From Gemmatimonadales bacterium (lineage in GTDB: Bacteria; Gemmatimonadota; Gemmatimonadetes; Gemmatimonadales; GWC2-71-9): 35,677 bases of DNA. Each line of letters opens with the position of its first letter. The first letter of the stretch is position 1. Below the pieces are notes generated by a model, which searched no databases, had not been told where the DNA came from, and saw only the letters and a list, made by a program, of their open reading frames with translations. This document shows, piece by piece, positions 34,455-35,677 of the stretch. The DNA is taken from positions 1 to 35,677 of the forward strand of contig DASSUE010000453.1 of NCBI GenBank assembly GCA_035707305.1, in the 5' to 3' direction. Both the position numbers and the translations under genes were made by a program.

Positions 34455-34781
34455 ATGCGGAGTGCGGTCGTGGCCGAACATAGGATCTTCCAGGCGCTGG
34501 CGGATCCCAGCCGCCGGGCGATCTTCGAGTCGCTGACCCGTGGCGAAGCAGCGGTGAAGGACCTCACGGCGCGCTTCGACATCTCGCAGCCGGCGGTCTC
34601 GCAGCATCTGGCAACCTTGAAAGACGCCGGCCTGGTGAACGGCCGGCGCGAAGGGCGCTGTGTCTACTACCGGGTGGCGCCGCGGGGGATGAAGCCGCTC
34701 ATCGACTGGATCGCGCACTACCGCGCCTTCTGGCCGGAGCACGTCGATCGCCTTGAACGACTGCTGGAGAAAATGGACTGA
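34455..34781 (+). CDS. ArsR/SmtB-family winged-helix transcriptional regulator
   Basis: 108 aa. FQALADPSRRAIFESL and recognition helix ISQPAVSQHLATLKDAGLV. Confidence 0.9.
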   Translation: MRSAVVAEHRIFQALADPSRRAIFESLTRGEAAVKDLTARFDISQPAVSQHLATLKDAGLVNGRREGRCVYYRVAPRGMKPLIDWIAHYRAFWPEHVDRLERLLEKMD

Positions 34782-35221
34782 TGACTGCCGCCGACAAGAC
34801 AGCACAATCGCAAACTGAATCCATTTCGTTCGAGTTCGATCTGCATCACTCGCCGGAGAAGGTGTGGCGCGCGCTCACCGACCCCGCACTGCTCGCGGAG
34901 TGGCTCCTACCCGTCATCGATCTCAACCTCGAGCCGGGGGCGGCGTTCACCTTCAAGACGCAGCCGTATCCCGGTTGGGATGGCACCGTGAACTGCCGGT
35001 TCGTCGAGATCGAAGCCCATCGGAAGCTCAGCTACACGTGGACCGTCCCCTTCCTCGACACCGTCGTGACGTTCACGCTTACGCCCACGGCGTCGGGCAC
35101 GCGCTTGTCCATCGTGCAGGCGGGCTTCAAGCCGGAGCAGAAGCGCGAATTCGGCGGTGCGCGCTATGGCTGGAAGATGATGGGCGGGAAGCTGGTCGAT
35201 CTGCTCGCGAGGATCTCATGA
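34781..35221 (+). CDS. SRPBCC/AHSA1-like (START-fold) protein
   Basis: 146 aa. SPEKVWRALTDPALLAEWL signature. The ATG overlaps the arsR-like stop (TGATG). Confidence 0.85.
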   Translation: MTAADKTAQSQTESISFEFDLHHSPEKVWRALTDPALLAEWLLPVIDLNLEPGAAFTFKTQPYPGWDGTVNCRFVEIEAHRKLSYTWTVPFLDTVVTFTLTPTASGTRLSIVQAGFKPEQKREFGGARYGWKMMGGKLVDLLARIS

Positions 35222-35442
35222 ACTGGAACCACTGGATTCGGCAGACGCACCGCTGGCTGTCCATTGCCTTTACGGTGACAGTCATGGCCAACTTCGTCGC
35301 GTTGGCTGTGGGAACCGGTCAGCCGGCCCCCTGGGTGACCTACTCGCCGCTGTTTCCGCTTGCCTTGCTCCTGCTCAGCGGTCTGTACTTGTTCGCGCTG
35401 CCGTATGCCATCAAGTGGCGCAGCGGGCGGCGCACCGACTGA
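35218..35442 (+). CDS. small 2-TM membrane protein
   Basis: 74 aa. ATGA overlap with the upstream gene. Two hydrophobic helices. Confidence 0.55.
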   Translation: MNWNHWIRQTHRWLSIAFTVTVMANFVALAVGTGQPAPWVTYSPLFPLALLLLSGLYLFALPYAIKWRSGRRTD

Positions 35443-35521
35443 ACTGGCGGCCGCACGAATACCGTAGATACTCACGAAGTGAGCGCGAACATCGCCTCCT
35501 CCAGCAAGCAACCACCCGCGA

Positions 35522-35551
35522 GCGCCCGTCAGCTGTATGCGCTGGTTAGGC
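35522..35551 (-). repeat. solo attC-family arm with intact GTTAGGC/GCCTAAC box
   Basis: GCGCCCGTCAGCTGTATGCGCTGGTTAGGC is identical to 17621-17650 at 28 of 30 positions, in the same orientation. It begins 19 nt 3' of the minus-strand gene ending at 35570. A weak partner box, ACTGAAC, sits at 35438-35444. Confidence 0.5.
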
Positions 35552-35569
35552 GGCGTGCCACGCCGATGT

Positions 35570-35677
35570 TCAGGCCGCTACGGTGCCGAAGAGCGCGCCG
35601 ATGGCAGCGGTCAGCCCCATCGCCAGTGCACCCCAGAATACCACACGCCCCGCGCCGACCGCGGCGCGTGCGCCACC
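35570..35677 (-). CDS. C-terminal end of a membrane protein, possibly VIT1/CCC1 family (partial, runs off right edge)
   Basis: The open frame to the window edge reads ...GRVVFWGALAMGLTAAIGALFGTVAA*, resembling the last TM helix of VIT-family proteins. Confidence 0.4.
   Translation of the reverse strand, partial: GGARAAVGAGRVVFWGALAMGLTAAIGALFGTVAA

Noticed and set aside
1-35677. CRISPR arrays, tRNA, rRNA, tmRNA and RNase P
   Set aside because: No spaced short direct repeats, no tRNA-like T-arm (GGTTCGAATCC-type) motifs and no rRNA-like conserved stretches were seen on either strand. This was a visual scan only, so tRNAscan/Infernal should confirm.

Overview
High-GC bacterial chromosomal segment, roughly 65-70% GC by eye. 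The gene content suggests a Gemmatimonadota/Acidobacteriota-like soil bacterium: Ser/Thr kinase-TM-PD40 propeller fusions, CarboxypepD_reg proteins and many lipoproteins. That assignment is inference only. A housekeeping edge (rsgA, mazG-like) is followed by about 34 kb of accessory genes, mostly on the minus strand. The most notable structure lies at 14.4-18.1 kb: four intergenic imperfect palindromes bounded by GCCTAAC...GTTAGGC, the integron attC inverse-core/core boxes. Each sits directly 3' of one compact minus-strand unit: hicBA, DUF418, GNAT and SAM-methyltransferase. Two stop codons lie inside the GCCTAAC box. No integrase is present in the window, so this looks like a CALIN-type cassette array. 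Its attC sites form one sequence family. Relics of the same 21-30 nt arm occur at 28.3 kb and 35.5 kb, which hints at a larger eroded array. The hicA toxin is under 60 aa, absent from the ORF track, and frameshifted in a (TC)n tract. The window is also rich in gene remnants: cupin, PD40, kinase N-terminus, S1C protease, NUDIX, beta-lactamase-like C-terminus and an ABC tail. Two further genes, DinB and DUF4394, carry +1 homopolymer frameshifts. Other points are an M48/HtpX-like protein with a destroyed HEXXH motif coupled to a small membrane protein, an uncharacterised 701-aa Cys-rich secreted/anchored protein with a 98-aa partner, a tightly coupled minus-strand operon running 26350 to 21821, and an ArsR-SRPBCC operon with a palindromic AT-rich operator. 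No rRNA, tRNA or CRISPR was seen.
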